A stretch of DNA of 64,000 nucleotides from Lingula anatina (Eukaryota > Animalia > Brachiopoda). Under the pieces are notes generated by a model that was not told the DNA's origin, made no database searches, and saw only the letters and a list, made by a program, of their open reading frames with translations. Made by a program: the position numbers and the translations under genes. The DNA is taken from assembly GCA_051362555.1 (NCBI GenBank), contig CM120643.1, positions 10,354,001 through 10,418,000 of the forward strand, in the 5' to 3' direction. Positions 1 to 10,437 of the stretch are shown piece by piece. How positions within the stretch are numbered: position 1 is the stretch's first letter; every line of letters starts with the position of its first letter.

Positions 1-206
1 CCGACAAAGCCCAAATTTTACGTGGAACGAGTTGAGATTATAGGTGACCTAAATCCAAGAGATGGGTACGGGGGCCCTTACCGTCTAGGAGGAGAAGCGG
101 TAACGGTAGCCGTCCGGCGGAGCCGGCGGAACGATCCGGACGGGACCGAAACCATGTGTACCGCCAGCGCTAACGCTGGTGGTACAATTACACATAAAAG
201 CTCCCT
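1..206. mobile_element. Partial GC/CpG-rich putative non-autonomous DNA transposon end (truncated by window edge)
   Basis: Abrupt GC-rich block in AT-rich surroundings ending ...AAAAGCTCCCT followed by TTAA. Internal hairpin GTACCGCCAGCG-CTAA-CGCTGGTGGTAC at 158-185. The other end is not in the window. Confidence 0.4.
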
Positions 207-775
207 TTAACTGTGCAGATGTTTACAAAGAAATGATTTTCAAGAACTAATGAAATAAGTAACAATAATAAATAACAATTTTATCTGACTTCTTTTACAA
301 TACGACTACTAGCACATGTAATGTAGGCAGAACATAAGCCTCCAACCATAAAATCTACCATTACAATAAAGAAAACTAGATTTATGCTTGCCTGGGGAAT
401 TTTGCCATATGTTTAGAAAACTCTGGCTAAATATCATAAAAATAAAGTGTTTTGCTACTTTTTTTTTTTTTTTGCATTTTACTAATAAATAAAGACTTAA
501 AACTAGTCATTTGGCTGAAACGATTTCAACTAAAGTGACTTAAAAAAAACTTGATGACAATAGTCACAAGCTGATGCCTGAACATATTCAAATATACCTG
601 ATAACTGACATGACTAACACATTAATAAAATATAACTTAACAACAAAAACAACAAATTAATAATAATAACAAATACACTAACATATTATAAAGAAACGTT
701 GGTAAAACTGGTATGGGTCTCAGTTATTGCTACGATATAGTGAATGTCAAGTACAGAAAAATTCTCCTCTTTCAG

Positions 776-1671
776 TCAAGTCCCATTAGAAGTGTTAATA
801 GTTTCACCAGCATCTTGGCTATGCTGCAACAATGGGTCAAAACATTCCTCTGACTGCTGGGTGTCCATTGGCTGAAAACCGTCTCCAACCCCTCCTGTGG
901 TGAATTGCTGCACCTGCCCCTGGGTCAGAGAACCACTGGAGTACACCCCCAAGTCCTGGCCCTCCCCCAACACCCCTTGCCCTACTGCTCCATGCGTCTG
1001 ATCCAGAAACTGCTGCAAGAAGATGGGGTTGGAATTGAAGCTTGTGGGAGGGGAACTCACTGATGGAAGCACAGCCAGACTGCTGTATGCACTTAACTGA
1101 GACACTGGAACGGACGTCCGGGGCTGCCCAACCATGTCAGCGTTGGGGTCAGCCAGGAGAGCCCTGGGCAGTTGAACTTGACCCAGACTGAGGACACCTT
1201 CGGACTGATTCTCCAGGAGGAGCCTAAGGACCTGTTCCCCTGTAAATCCTTCTTCCAGTAGAACTTGAGCATTGCGATACTGCTGTGCTATTGTCATCAA
1301 AACATTGTTGTTGGGGTGGGAAGTTCCCCCTTGTTGGCCTGCTGGAGTCAGGCTATTAAAACCTTGCATCAGGGCCTGGTCAGTGGCATGATCTGTGGAA
1401 TGGTCAGTTGTTCCTGAGTGACTAGTTGCCATTGCTGAGAACAGTATGTCCACCTCCCCAGACTGCTGGTAGCCAATGCTCATTCCGTCCTGGCCAAACT
1501 GACCCTCTGCCTGTCGCTGGCTAGACTCGGCCTCTTTAGGATTTAACGTGAATACCACATTTTGCCTGGTTAACTGCGGCACACTCCCTTCAGGCTGGAT
1601 GACATAAGTTATCTGGGGTTGTGGGTCGCCGCCATCTTCTTGTTGAGGCACATTTCCACTGCTGTTATATT
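776..1671 (-). CDS. C2H2 zinc-finger protein, exon 5 (last; Q/S/G-rich low-complexity C-terminus)
   Basis: Long ORF ending at TGA (776). Acceptor tttttcag at 1672-1679 on minus; phase 1 joins exon 4 in frame (..NET-K-YNSSGNVPQQ..). Confidence 0.85.
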
Positions 1672-1981
1672 CTGAAAAAATATAATCATTCCAAAATAAA
1701 ACTGATTCTAAAATTAGGTATCTTCAGATACAGATTTATTATTGATATATATACATTGGTTCAAAATGAAATCTTCTAAATTGCACTGTATATCTTTTAT
1801 GTTTCTATCAATTGTTTTGATGACAGAAAACTGGCACATCAGACGTGTCAAAAAGAAGTTTATAAAACTTCCATGTCTCATACAAAAATATTATTGTAAG
1901 TTATATTTGCATTTGATAACAAAAATATAACAAAGTTAGACAATCTCATAAAGGGAACAATTACAATTCTCAACAAACTAG

Positions 1982-2029
<48 letters not shown>

Positions 2030-2069
2030 ATTAAAAGTAAGGGTATGAAAGATTGTGCTTAACACTTAC

Positions 2070-3203
2070 TTGTCTCATTTGTTTGCTGATTTTGTTGTCC
2101 CACTTTAGAATCACCAGAGAGAGACAATCCATCAGTCGCTATGTGTTGGTGATCACTTTCCACCACACTAGATGGAGCTTCAGTCTCTTTCTCTGCATGG
2201 TATATAAACAGGTGGTTCTTCAGTTTATTTTCATTATCAAATCTCCATGAGCAAGACTGGATCTTACACTGGTATGGTTTGGTTGGATCGTGGACAGACA
2301 GATGTTTCTTGAGTTGATGAGAATGAATGAAGGCTTCTCCGCATACGTCACAAATCTGCCCTCGACGGGAGACGCTGTGCATACGCTTGTGCCTGTGGTA
2401 CAAGATATTGACTCCAGTTCTAAAAGAGCAATGTGGGCATTTGTACATGACACCCTTGTGGAATCGTCTCTTATGAGCATATACACTAGCTCGGGATTTA
2501 AAATGGCGACCACATTCTTCACACATGAATGAAAGTTCTTTTCGATGGACTGGCATGTGAGCACGAAGGTAGCGTAACCTACCAAACACTTTATTGCATA
2601 TTGGACAGGGAAACTGACCCAAGACGTCCTGCTTGTCAATTCTCTGTCCCGACTGTTGTTTGTGTAGTTGGCGTTTGTACTCGGACATACTGACCAGTCT
2701 GTGATTTCCAGTGCCGTTTTCACCTATGGAAATCCTTTGGTTTATATCAATCATGTCTGGATGCTTGGCTCTCATGTGGGTCCTGAGATTGGCCCTCGAG
2801 GTAGTTTTAAATCGACAGTGTAAGCACTTCAAATAAACACTGGCATAGTCAAACTGATTCTTTTTCACAGTCTCTACTGATATGATGAAATGAAAGTCCA
2901 GCTGTGAGTCCTCTAGATGTTTTAAGTTATTGACCTGAGGGCCAATGTCACCCCCAGAAAATGCCAAATCAGCCCCTGGGGATGGGGCTTTGATGTCCAC
3001 CTGGACTCCCCTGGACATTGTCTTAAAATTTGACCTTTTTCTTTTCTCGTTTGACGGTTCTTCCTCTCTAGGTTCGGTCAGGAGGTTGGGGGAGACCCTC
3101 ACTATTGTACGATGTCTTCTCTGATAATGGTCCATCAGTGTGGCATGGCGGCAGAAAGTTTGGCGGCACAGCTCACAGCGGTATTTTGAGGCATAGGTTT
3201 TAT
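2070..3203 (-). CDS. C2H2 zinc-finger protein, exon 4 (seven C2H2 fingers)
   Basis: Fingers CELC..HYQRRH, CLHC..HMRAKH, CPIC..HMPVH, CEEC..HKRRFH, CPHC..HKRMH, CDVC..HLSVH, CKIQSC..HLFIYH. Acceptor tttcag at 3204 and donor GTAAGT at 2069; 1134 nt, phase 1-1. Confidence 0.95.
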
Positions 3204-3798
3204 CTGAAACATATCCATGTAAATATAGATTACTAAAATTACGTGATGTCTTACAACAAGTAAGGTGGGACTAAACTGTCATTTGACTCAGTAACAAGAC
3301 ATCTCATCTTACTGAAAAAAACCCTCCTCAACCTCAACATACCAAAAAAAGGACTTTAAAGGATGTTTGTATTGTAAATGTTGTTTTATTATATGTTTTG
3401 TAAAGAGTTTTGCATATACAAACATGCATTGCATTACTTTTATGATCACTGCTAATGCAGAAATAAAATAACCTGATCTAAATTTCATTCCGAAATGGTG
3501 TAAATGGTTACTGAGCAGGTGCCAGGGGTGGAGCAGGTGGACATTTATCATGTTACAGACTTTTACATATCCAAATTCATCTTGCCTTTGTACACAAATC
3601 CCTTGAAATATACTCATATCAATCAATAAGATATGCATGAGTTCTATCTTAAACAGATTAACAAACAATACAATAGAGTTGCCAAGCTTTTAACACATCC
3701 ATAAATTATGAGATTGTAGACAAATAGAGAGAGAAAACACCCCATTACTGGCACAGTTACATGTATAATATATTTCGAATAAAAATGAAGAGACTTAC

Positions 3799-3894
3799 GT
3801 GTAGACTTATGCTGCAGAAACTGTTTGATGTCCAAGAAACCTTTGCCACACAATCCACATATCACCAAGTCTTCAGCCAGAACAAGTTCACTAC
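3799..3894 (-). CDS. C2H2 zinc-finger protein, exon 3 (first finger)
   Basis: GSELVLAEDLVICGLCGKGFLDIKQFLQHKST-H; the last His codon is completed across the splice to exon 4. AG at 3895-3896, GTAAGT at 3798; 96 nt, phase 1-1. Confidence 0.9.
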
Positions 3895-4182
3895 CTACAT
3901 GTACATTTTTGATGTATTAAATTTCTGAATACCGGTAGCGTTTTTAAATACTCTCAATATTGTTTGAATTACAATTAATTGCTTTCATGTGTAAAAATGT
4001 GTTTTTGCAACTCGCAGTAATTTACACACGAATGCACACACATGGACACTCACTTCCAAATCCTGTAAAATCTTACTTGCTATTATGTGAAGCCTCATTA
4101 TGATCTCCATTGAATTACTTATTCACCCATTCTATTAACTTCAATAAATAGTCTACTAGTATAACCTTTAATTATTCTTTAC

Positions 4183-4456
4183 CTTGAATTCTCTCTAATA
4201 TTTTTTCCACAGTGGATTTCTCTACAGCGTTAGTATCTTCAGTTGATTTAACATTATCTGCTGAGTTTTCTGTATGGATTGTTGTACTGCAGTTCTTTTC
4301 GTTATTTGTTTCATCCTGTGGATCTTCAGTGGTTTTATCAGATAGCTGAGATTCTGTAAGAACTGTTGATTCATTTTTGAAATCTCCTTCTGAGTTTTCT
4401 GGTATTTTTAATATGAAGAACTCCCCTGGTGGCAATAGGCTTTCATTCTTTTGGTG
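4183..4456 (-). CDS. C2H2 zinc-finger protein, exon 2 (acidic/Ser-Thr-rich linker)
   Basis: Open frame HQKNESLLPPGEFF...LERIQ. Pyrimidine-rich acceptor ending ctag at 4457, donor GTAAAG at 4182; phase 0 in, phase 1 out, consistent with neighbours. Confidence 0.8.
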
Positions 4457-4820
4457 CTAGACATAAAAGAAAAGTAAGAAATATAATAACATAAATATAT
4501 ATTTGGATACACAGTTTATACTTAAGACCATGTAGTATGCTTAAAATTACTCAACTCTATATTTGACTAGATCAGTTACACTGAATCAAATGATTTTAAA
4601 ATTTCTGCATGTCACATCAATAGTGGAATTCCATCAATCTTAAATAGGGGAACAAGATGGTAAATACATATGAAATACAAATGGTATTATTTATAATAAT
4701 TATAAATAATATCACGAAAGTAACCATTACTAGTATATACATGTATACAACATGCACATTTAGAGTCAAATTGGTCACAATATATACAGTATATATGATG
4801 TGCCTGTATTATAATTATAA

Positions 4821-4928
4821 AACACAAGCTGAAACATTTTCATCCTGTTAACTTATGGCCAACCTTGACGTAGGCCTTCATCAGACTGATGTTCATATAT
4901 ATATTTTGTTACTCACTGACTGCTAGGT
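4821..4928. repeat. Dispersed ~100-bp repeat, copy 1 (copy 2 at 9868-9966)
   Basis: Shared blocks aacac.agctgaaa, tggccaacct, catcaga, tactcactgactg.taggt in the same orientation. Confidence 0.7.
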
Positions 4929-5107
4929 GGTATATTTCAGTTTGTGTTTTCTAATTATCATATACAGTACCAATAATCATACCAGCTAGTACATGCTATC
5001 CAACTACCGGTTAAGCAAATGAACATTTTTGCTCTATACTATAATTGCTTAAATCAATAATCAAGCTGCATGTCAATTTAATGTAACTGGGTGTGTGTGT
5101 GCGTCAC

Positions 5108-5154
<47 letters not shown>

Positions 5155-5194
5155 GAGTTCTTACTTCTAGTACTAGTACAAAGGAGTAACATAC

Positions 5195-5443
5195 CATCTT
5201 TTTCATGTATGCCATCTGCTGCTTACACTTCCTAAATTTAGGCGGCACATATTGAGGATGGCTGACGAATTCGTCCTCCTTGTCAACTCTTGACATGCAC
5301 ACAAAGCAAATTTTTCTGCTTGGCAATTCCCTGTTTGGGTAAAAATGTTGAAATAACTCAAGCAGTCGTCCGGGGCATTCCTTGCAGTTTGAAGTATGTT
5401 CCCATTTTGTCGTGGGGCAGCAACATTTAGCATAAAAGGGCAT
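5195..5443 (-). CDS. C2H2 zinc-finger protein, exon 1 (Cys-rich N-terminal domain)
   Basis: ATG at 5443; MPFYAKCCCP...KICFVC...AYMKKM; phase-0 donor GTATGT at 5194 fits exon 2. Joined CDS is 2649 nt = 882 aa + stop. Confidence 0.75.
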
Positions 5444-5668
5444 CTTAGGGCATTCGTATCTGCTATGTGAGTCTATGTCATAATCTCAATAGTTAAACCA
5501 GATGCGAGGTATATCAAATCAAAACAAGCACAGATAATGTACGTCAGTTTATAGATGGCGCAACATTCAAGACAAGACCAGTTGATCTGTAAGTCACGTG
5601 GTCCGGTTCGGTATACAGAAAACCATGTGACTCGGCGGTTTTGACTAACACTTTCAAGAGAGAACAAA
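5444..5668. promoter_or_regulatory. Bidirectional promoter between the zinc-finger gene and GILT
   Basis: 225 bp between divergent ATGs and relatively CpG-rich. Contains GTCACGTGG (5593-5601), CCATGTGAC (5623-5631), AGATGGCG (5553-5560) and a CRE-like TACGTCA (5540-5546). Confidence 0.75.
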
Positions 5669-5785
5669 ATGCACGTGCTGAAAACTGCTGCGCTTTGCTT
5701 TTTTATGGTAGTTCAAGTTGTCGGTGAGTGCAACATACCACCAAGCCAGTGGTGTAGTAGTGAAGAAGTTGCAAGGACTTGCCAG
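5669..5785 (+). CDS. IFI30: Gamma-interferon-inducible lysosomal thiol reductase (GILT), exon 1: signal peptide plus start of saposin A-type domain
   Basis: aaaATG; hydrophobic leader MHVLKTAALCFFMVVQVVG, then CNIPPSQWCSSEEVARTCQ; donor CAG|GTAAC, phase 0. Confidence 0.92.
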
Positions 5786-6343
5786 GTAACGTGTTTAATT
5801 GATTTGTTTGCGATAAAAAATAGCATGTGCTTGACCTGTTGCTGTGGCTCGAGTACCGTAGCAGTGTGAGGCGCGTATCACAAGAACACAGTACATTTTT
5901 GTGTTTTTTCAATAACTTCTTTTCCTGTTCTTTCTACAGATGGATAAAGTAAACTCCGCATTATGTGATGAAATACGTGCATATATATAGATTCTGAAAA
6001 AGCACGTATCCCGCCGGCACGAAATTCATGCGTTAATTTATGGCATTCCTTTTGACAATTTTTGATATGTACATGTACGCCGTGCTGTATTACTATTATC
6101 AAAGCGTTTATTAAAAAAAAAAAAAACAAAAAACAAAAAAAAAAAAAACGTCAATTGTGTGTCATTCCTGTTTATAAAAGCTTTTTGTGTGCTTTCATAA
6201 AATGAGTATACTTACTAGCACTAGCACTACACTACAGTGAATATGGAAAAAATGTAAACTAAAGTGCCAGAGACTGATATTGTTACTTCTACGTTAGGAC
6301 TACTAATATTGTTTAAAACAAGCCACTTTCTCCTTTTTTACAG

Positions 6344-6523
6344 GTATATCAACAGTGCAAAGATTACATACAGAATACTGCCAATGTACCAGTGAGATTT
6401 ACTTTGTATTATGAATCTCTGTGTCCTGCTTGCAAGGATTTCTTCAAAGAACAGCTGTACGAAACCTTCCAAAAAGTGGGCAGCATCATGAACCTGACCC
6501 TTGTCCCATATGGAAATGCATGG
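6344..6523 (+). CDS. IFI30: GILT exon 2 (active-site CXXC)
   Basis: VYQQCKDY...VRFTLYYESLCPACKDFF...LTLVPYGNAW contains the YESLCPxC and VPYGNA GILT motifs. Acceptor ttttacag, donor GTATG; 180 nt. Confidence 0.96.
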
Positions 6524-6586
6524 GTATGATATATGTTAGTACTACTGACATAGTGATATGTTTGTTAACAGAAAAGAAGTTATTAA

Positions 6587-7040
6587 AGCACCCCGCACAT
6601 GGTGAGCATTTGGCGCGCACTCTTTGCTCAGCAGAGGTACCTCCCGGCCTTCCCCTATCGGATGCATTGTGAACTGTGGGATCACGTGATTAAGGAAACA
6701 TTACATATTAATTTTTTTCTGATAGTAATGGAAAATGGTGACCACGTTAATCAATCAGACTAACTATAACTGTGTACATTTTTATTGACTTCGCTGGGGG
6801 CTGCCATTTTTGTTTGTTTCCGGCTACCGGCACATGCGCATTGTTGGCATGACTTGAGCAATCGGCGCTTGCACCCCGCACACGCTGAGACATTTGCCTC
6901 AAGAGACCAAAAATATCAAACGCGAGATATTTTGCTCAGCCGCGCGAGAGGCAAAAATCTCACCAAAATACCCCGCAAACGGTGAGAAAACGGTGCAGCG
7001 CAAGTGGCGCGTGCCAATTGCTCACTGTGTGCGGGGTGCT
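6587..7040. mobile_element. PIF/Harbinger-like non-autonomous element in GILT intron 2
   Basis: TIR AGCACCCCGCACA...TGTGCGGGGTGCT extending imperfectly ~30 bp; TAA on both sides (6584-6586, 7041-7043). Internal TIR-like motifs CCCCGCA at ~6873 and ~6971. Confidence 0.85.
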
Positions 7041-7173
7041 TAAGATAAAGACAGCTCTTGTCACCCTCTAGTATGCTTTGATTGAATGAAATAAAAAATT
7101 GTAGATGAACATGAGCATACAGTGTAGTTACCTGTGTACTTGATATTAAACACAATCTTACATTTAATTTAAG

Positions 7174-7248
7174 GAACAAAAAATAGGGGACCAATGGGTA
7201 TTTTATTGCCAAGGTGGAAAGCAACAGTGTATTGGCAATGTTATTGAG
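7174..7248 (+). CDS. IFI30: GILT exon 3 (signature motif, variant)
   Basis: EQKIGDQWVFYCQGGKQQCIGNVIE; aag acceptor, GAG|GTAAAG donor; 75 nt, phase 0-0. Not in the ORF track. Confidence 0.92.
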
Positions 7249-7856
7249 GTAAAGAACACTATATATGACCCTTTACCGAAGCGTGCCTGGACATATTAAT
7301 TACATGCCCCTTTTTAATAAAAGTCTTACATGATTTAATTATTACATCTGCAGTGTTTCAGTCCATTTTTATGTCAGTGTAATATCTCTGTTACCGGTAT
7401 ATTTTAAAATCAGATGTTAGCTTGGCATCTGAAATCTTTGTCAATCATTTTGTCAGAAACACTGTCATCTTTGTGTGACTTGCAGTATGTAAAGGAATTC
7501 ATGAAGTCTTTCAACCAGTAACAATCCGAGGGAATGTTATTTTTGATTTCTGAAATTTGGTATTTTTAAAGGCATGTTTCAGCAAAGGATCATATGCACT
7601 ATTTGAAAATAAATATTAAGTTAAACATAGTGCCTTGTTTCAACATGGATCAGCACTGTAAACCAATGTATACTAGTTGCAAGTAGTGTATATTTAACAA
7701 ATTAACATGTAATTGATATCTAAAACTTTCTAGTCAGATTAGAAACATATTGTCTACATGCCACAAAAATGTTTGGAAACATGAACAAAACCTGTGAAAT
7801 TTGACTGCTTTTTGAAGTATGATGAGATGGTTTACATGATATGTTTTTATTTCCAG

Positions 7857-7958
7857 ACCTGTGCCATAAACATTCTCAAAAATATTGATGTTTACTTGCC
7901 ATTTATCCACTGTATTGAGAACTACTCTGGCATCCAGCCAAGCTTTGCAGCACAGGGG
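7857..7958 (+). CDS. IFI30: GILT exon 4
   Basis: TCAINILKNIDVYLPFIHCIENYSGIQPSFAAQG; tttccag acceptor, GT donor; 102 nt. Confidence 0.92.
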
Positions 7959-8309
7959 GTACAGTTTTTAGTGAAATCTTCTTTATAATTTCCATATACT
8001 ATAAGCAAATTGTTTACTTAATCTTTATTTCGTTATTTAGAAAATGTGATAGTAATTAAGTGCATGACCATGTAAACTTCTTGTGTTATAGTAATACTTG
8101 TATATCTGGTGCAGAAGTTTTGAACTACGAGTAAATTTGTCTCTTTTTTTTTGTGCACTCCATGACCTCCCCTATATATTGAAAATTTTCAGATTATGCA
8201 TGAATTGTTAGACATAAGTAAAATAATAAAAAATGCTCCAAGATGGGTCCTTTTATTGAATTCTAGTTCACTGAGTGTCTTTAATAAATATACAAGGTCT
8301 ACATTTCAG

Positions 8310-8456
8310 TGTGCTTCGCAAATGAATATTGATGTTGCACCTATTTTGAAATGTTCCACTAGCAAGATGGGCAGTGATTTGGAACACCAGATGGCAGTCA
8401 AAACCAATGCTCTACAACCTCCTCATACATATGTACCTTGGGTTACTCTCAATGGG
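8310..8456 (+). CDS. IFI30: GILT exon 5
   Basis: CASQMNIDVAPILKCSTSKMGSDLEHQMAVKTNALQPPHTYVPWVTLNG contains the PPHxYVPWV motif; 147 nt. Confidence 0.95.
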
Positions 8457-8667
8457 GTAGGCGTAAGACTGAAACATCACTCATTAGGTTCTGTGTATAA
8501 TACAGCCCATAAAGAATTACAGTGTAAACAAATTTCATATTGTCTAGGGAACATACTGTATTTTTTTACATGTGACATAATGGTCCTTGGAAATAAATAG
8601 GTGTGCTGATGGGTGTGATTTTTTTCATCAGAAGTTTAATATAAATCTAATTTACTTTATCAAACAG

Positions 8668-8736
8668 GTACATACCAAAGCAATCCAGCAGAAAGCTGTA
8701 GATGATTTGAAACAGTTAATCTGTGAGACATATCAG
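8668..8736 (+). CDS. IFI30: GILT exon 6
   Basis: VHTKAIQQKAVDDLKQLICETYQ; acag acceptor, CAG|GTAT donor; 69 nt. Confidence 0.92.
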
Positions 8737-9157
8737 GTATTTAATTTGAAATTTAATATATTTAATATTTTATTTGGTTTTGTAAATGTAGACATTCAGG
8801 ATCAGAGAGGTCATTTGATTGAAATATTTAATATTATATTAATTTAAAATTAATAAGGTACAATTTTCATGCACATGTGTAGAAAAATAATTTTTTCTCA
8901 CAAATGTGACGGGATTATAGCCACATGAAATCGTCTAGAAATGCACAGCAATACAACTGAGGAAGTCTTTTTTTTTTTGTAAATTATTGTCTTATTGCAC
9001 ACACTTTCACTCTTATATACTGTTTAAAAGACTACTTTCAATATTCATGTATCTTTAGATATATTTGAAAATGACACAAAATGTATTATCGGTTGAAATT
9101 CTATTATTTATTAAGTTGTAGAATTTTTTATCAGATATTTATCTTGCTTTTCTCCAG

Positions 9158-9238
9158 GGTGGTTATAAACCTGTGGCCTGCTCAAGCTTGAAGAGATATG
9201 TAAGAAGCTACAAACTTGATAACAAACCAGAAATTTGA
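9158..9238 (+). CDS. IFI30: GILT exon 7 (last)
   Basis: ttttctccag acceptor; GGYKPVACSSLKRYVRSYKLDNKPEI*; KPxAC is typical of GILT C-termini. Total protein 256 aa. Confidence 0.88.
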   Translation, partial: GGYKPVACSSLKRYVRSYKLDNKPEI

Positions 9239-9592
9239 CTGAAAACATCAAATGTTTTCTCTCTTACAAGGTTTATTTACTTTATCCAATTTTTTGCCAA
9301 ATTTTGTAATGAAAAACAGTTGCCTAACAACAGAATTTATCTGTGGCATACAAAATGTATCACAGGAAAGAATTTCATGTAAATTGGTATGTAAGTAGAC
9401 AGCAGTAAATCAGTTTTGTTGCAAATGAGAAAAGTTACATTTTTCAAAAGAAATGCCATTATTTTTCTAGGATTTGAGAAGATCTCATGTTCTTAATAAT
9501 AATTATTTTGTAGAACTTCTTGATTTATGAGAGCTTTGATAAAAGTTTATTTTGGATACGTTGATCCCTCCACCCATAGTTGTTCATCAGAT

Positions 9593-9686
9593 AATAAAGA
9601 GTCATTTTTGTCATTACACGTGGGTCATTTAAGCATCGCAGTCTGGGGACATTTCAGTATTTCAATATTATAATAATGACAATAAA
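9593..9686 (+). terminator. Candidate polyadenylation signals of GILT
   Basis: AATAAA at 9593-9598 and 9681-9686; the latter is followed by T/GT-rich sequence. Confidence 0.5.
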
Positions 9687-9867
9687 CATTTGTAAACATT
9701 TTATTGTTTAAGTTAATGTTTTCAGGCTTCAGTTATGCATTTCCATTCATTTTTGACTAGACGAGAGATGTCATTTGTTCAACTATTGCTAAGACTAAAA
9801 GTAATAATATACTCATCAAATATAATTGTAAAGAACAAGGAAACCTCATACTAGTATATGATTATTT

Positions 9868-9966
9868 AACACCAGCTGAAAATAATTTCATACTATTAGC
9901 TTGTGGCCAACCTCCACATGGACCTACATCAGATTAACATGAGTAATTACTCACTGACTGTTAGGT
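9868..9966. repeat. Dispersed ~100-bp repeat, copy 2
   Basis: Aligns by eye to 4821-4928. Confidence 0.7.
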
Positions 9967-10222
9967 ACATGTTATAGCAGTCAGGACCCTCTTATAAATG
10001 TCAGGTAGATTCCCCTCCCTCCCCTGTCCCTGTTCATTCATGGATGGCTGCATGGTGATAGAAGGCATGTAATTTGGGGTGCAGAATCCAAAAAAAAAAG
10101 TTATTTTGATGTTTAAAATAATCGTAATGCAGTCTTTTGTGGTATTTAAGTATTTAGTAACACTTTCCCACCTGGTGCCTCAAGTCTTCAAGGTGTGCAG
10201 AAGATGCCAGAAATCCCTCTTA

Positions 10223-10437
10223 GACCCCATTCCCACAGATTTTAGATCGATCTATCCCTGTTGGGAGTCTCACTAGATTACTGTCAGGTTAGCCAGCTTA
10301 AGCGTCTGCCCCACCTACTAAAATCTGTAAGGGGGTAATTAACTGTCGTGTGCGCTCGGCTTACTGCAATTTAGCGTAAACCCCCAGGGAGTTGGGTTGA
10401 TCCAGATGGATCTATCTAAATCTCTGGGAATGCACTC
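10223..10437 (+). mobile_element. MITE family B copy (215 bp, Harbinger-like)
   Basis: Termini GACCCCATTCCCACAGATTTTAGATCGATC / GATCTATCTAAATCTCTGGGAATGCACTC; TTA on both sides; close copy at 22571-22785. Confidence 0.88.

Noticed and set aside
2220-2723. 167-aa alternative-frame ORF (and the antisense 80-aa ORF) inside the zinc-finger exon
   Set aside because: Shadow ORFs of a real coding exon; no recognisable motifs.
5221-5227. GTAAGC donor for zinc-finger exon 1
   Set aside because: Phase 1 would hit an immediate TGA in exon 2; the phase-0 donor at 5194 keeps the frame.
7641-7649. CAACATGGA (QHG) as the canonical GILT signature exon
   Set aside because: No preceding Cys, a stop three codons later and no splice context; the true exon is 7174-7248.
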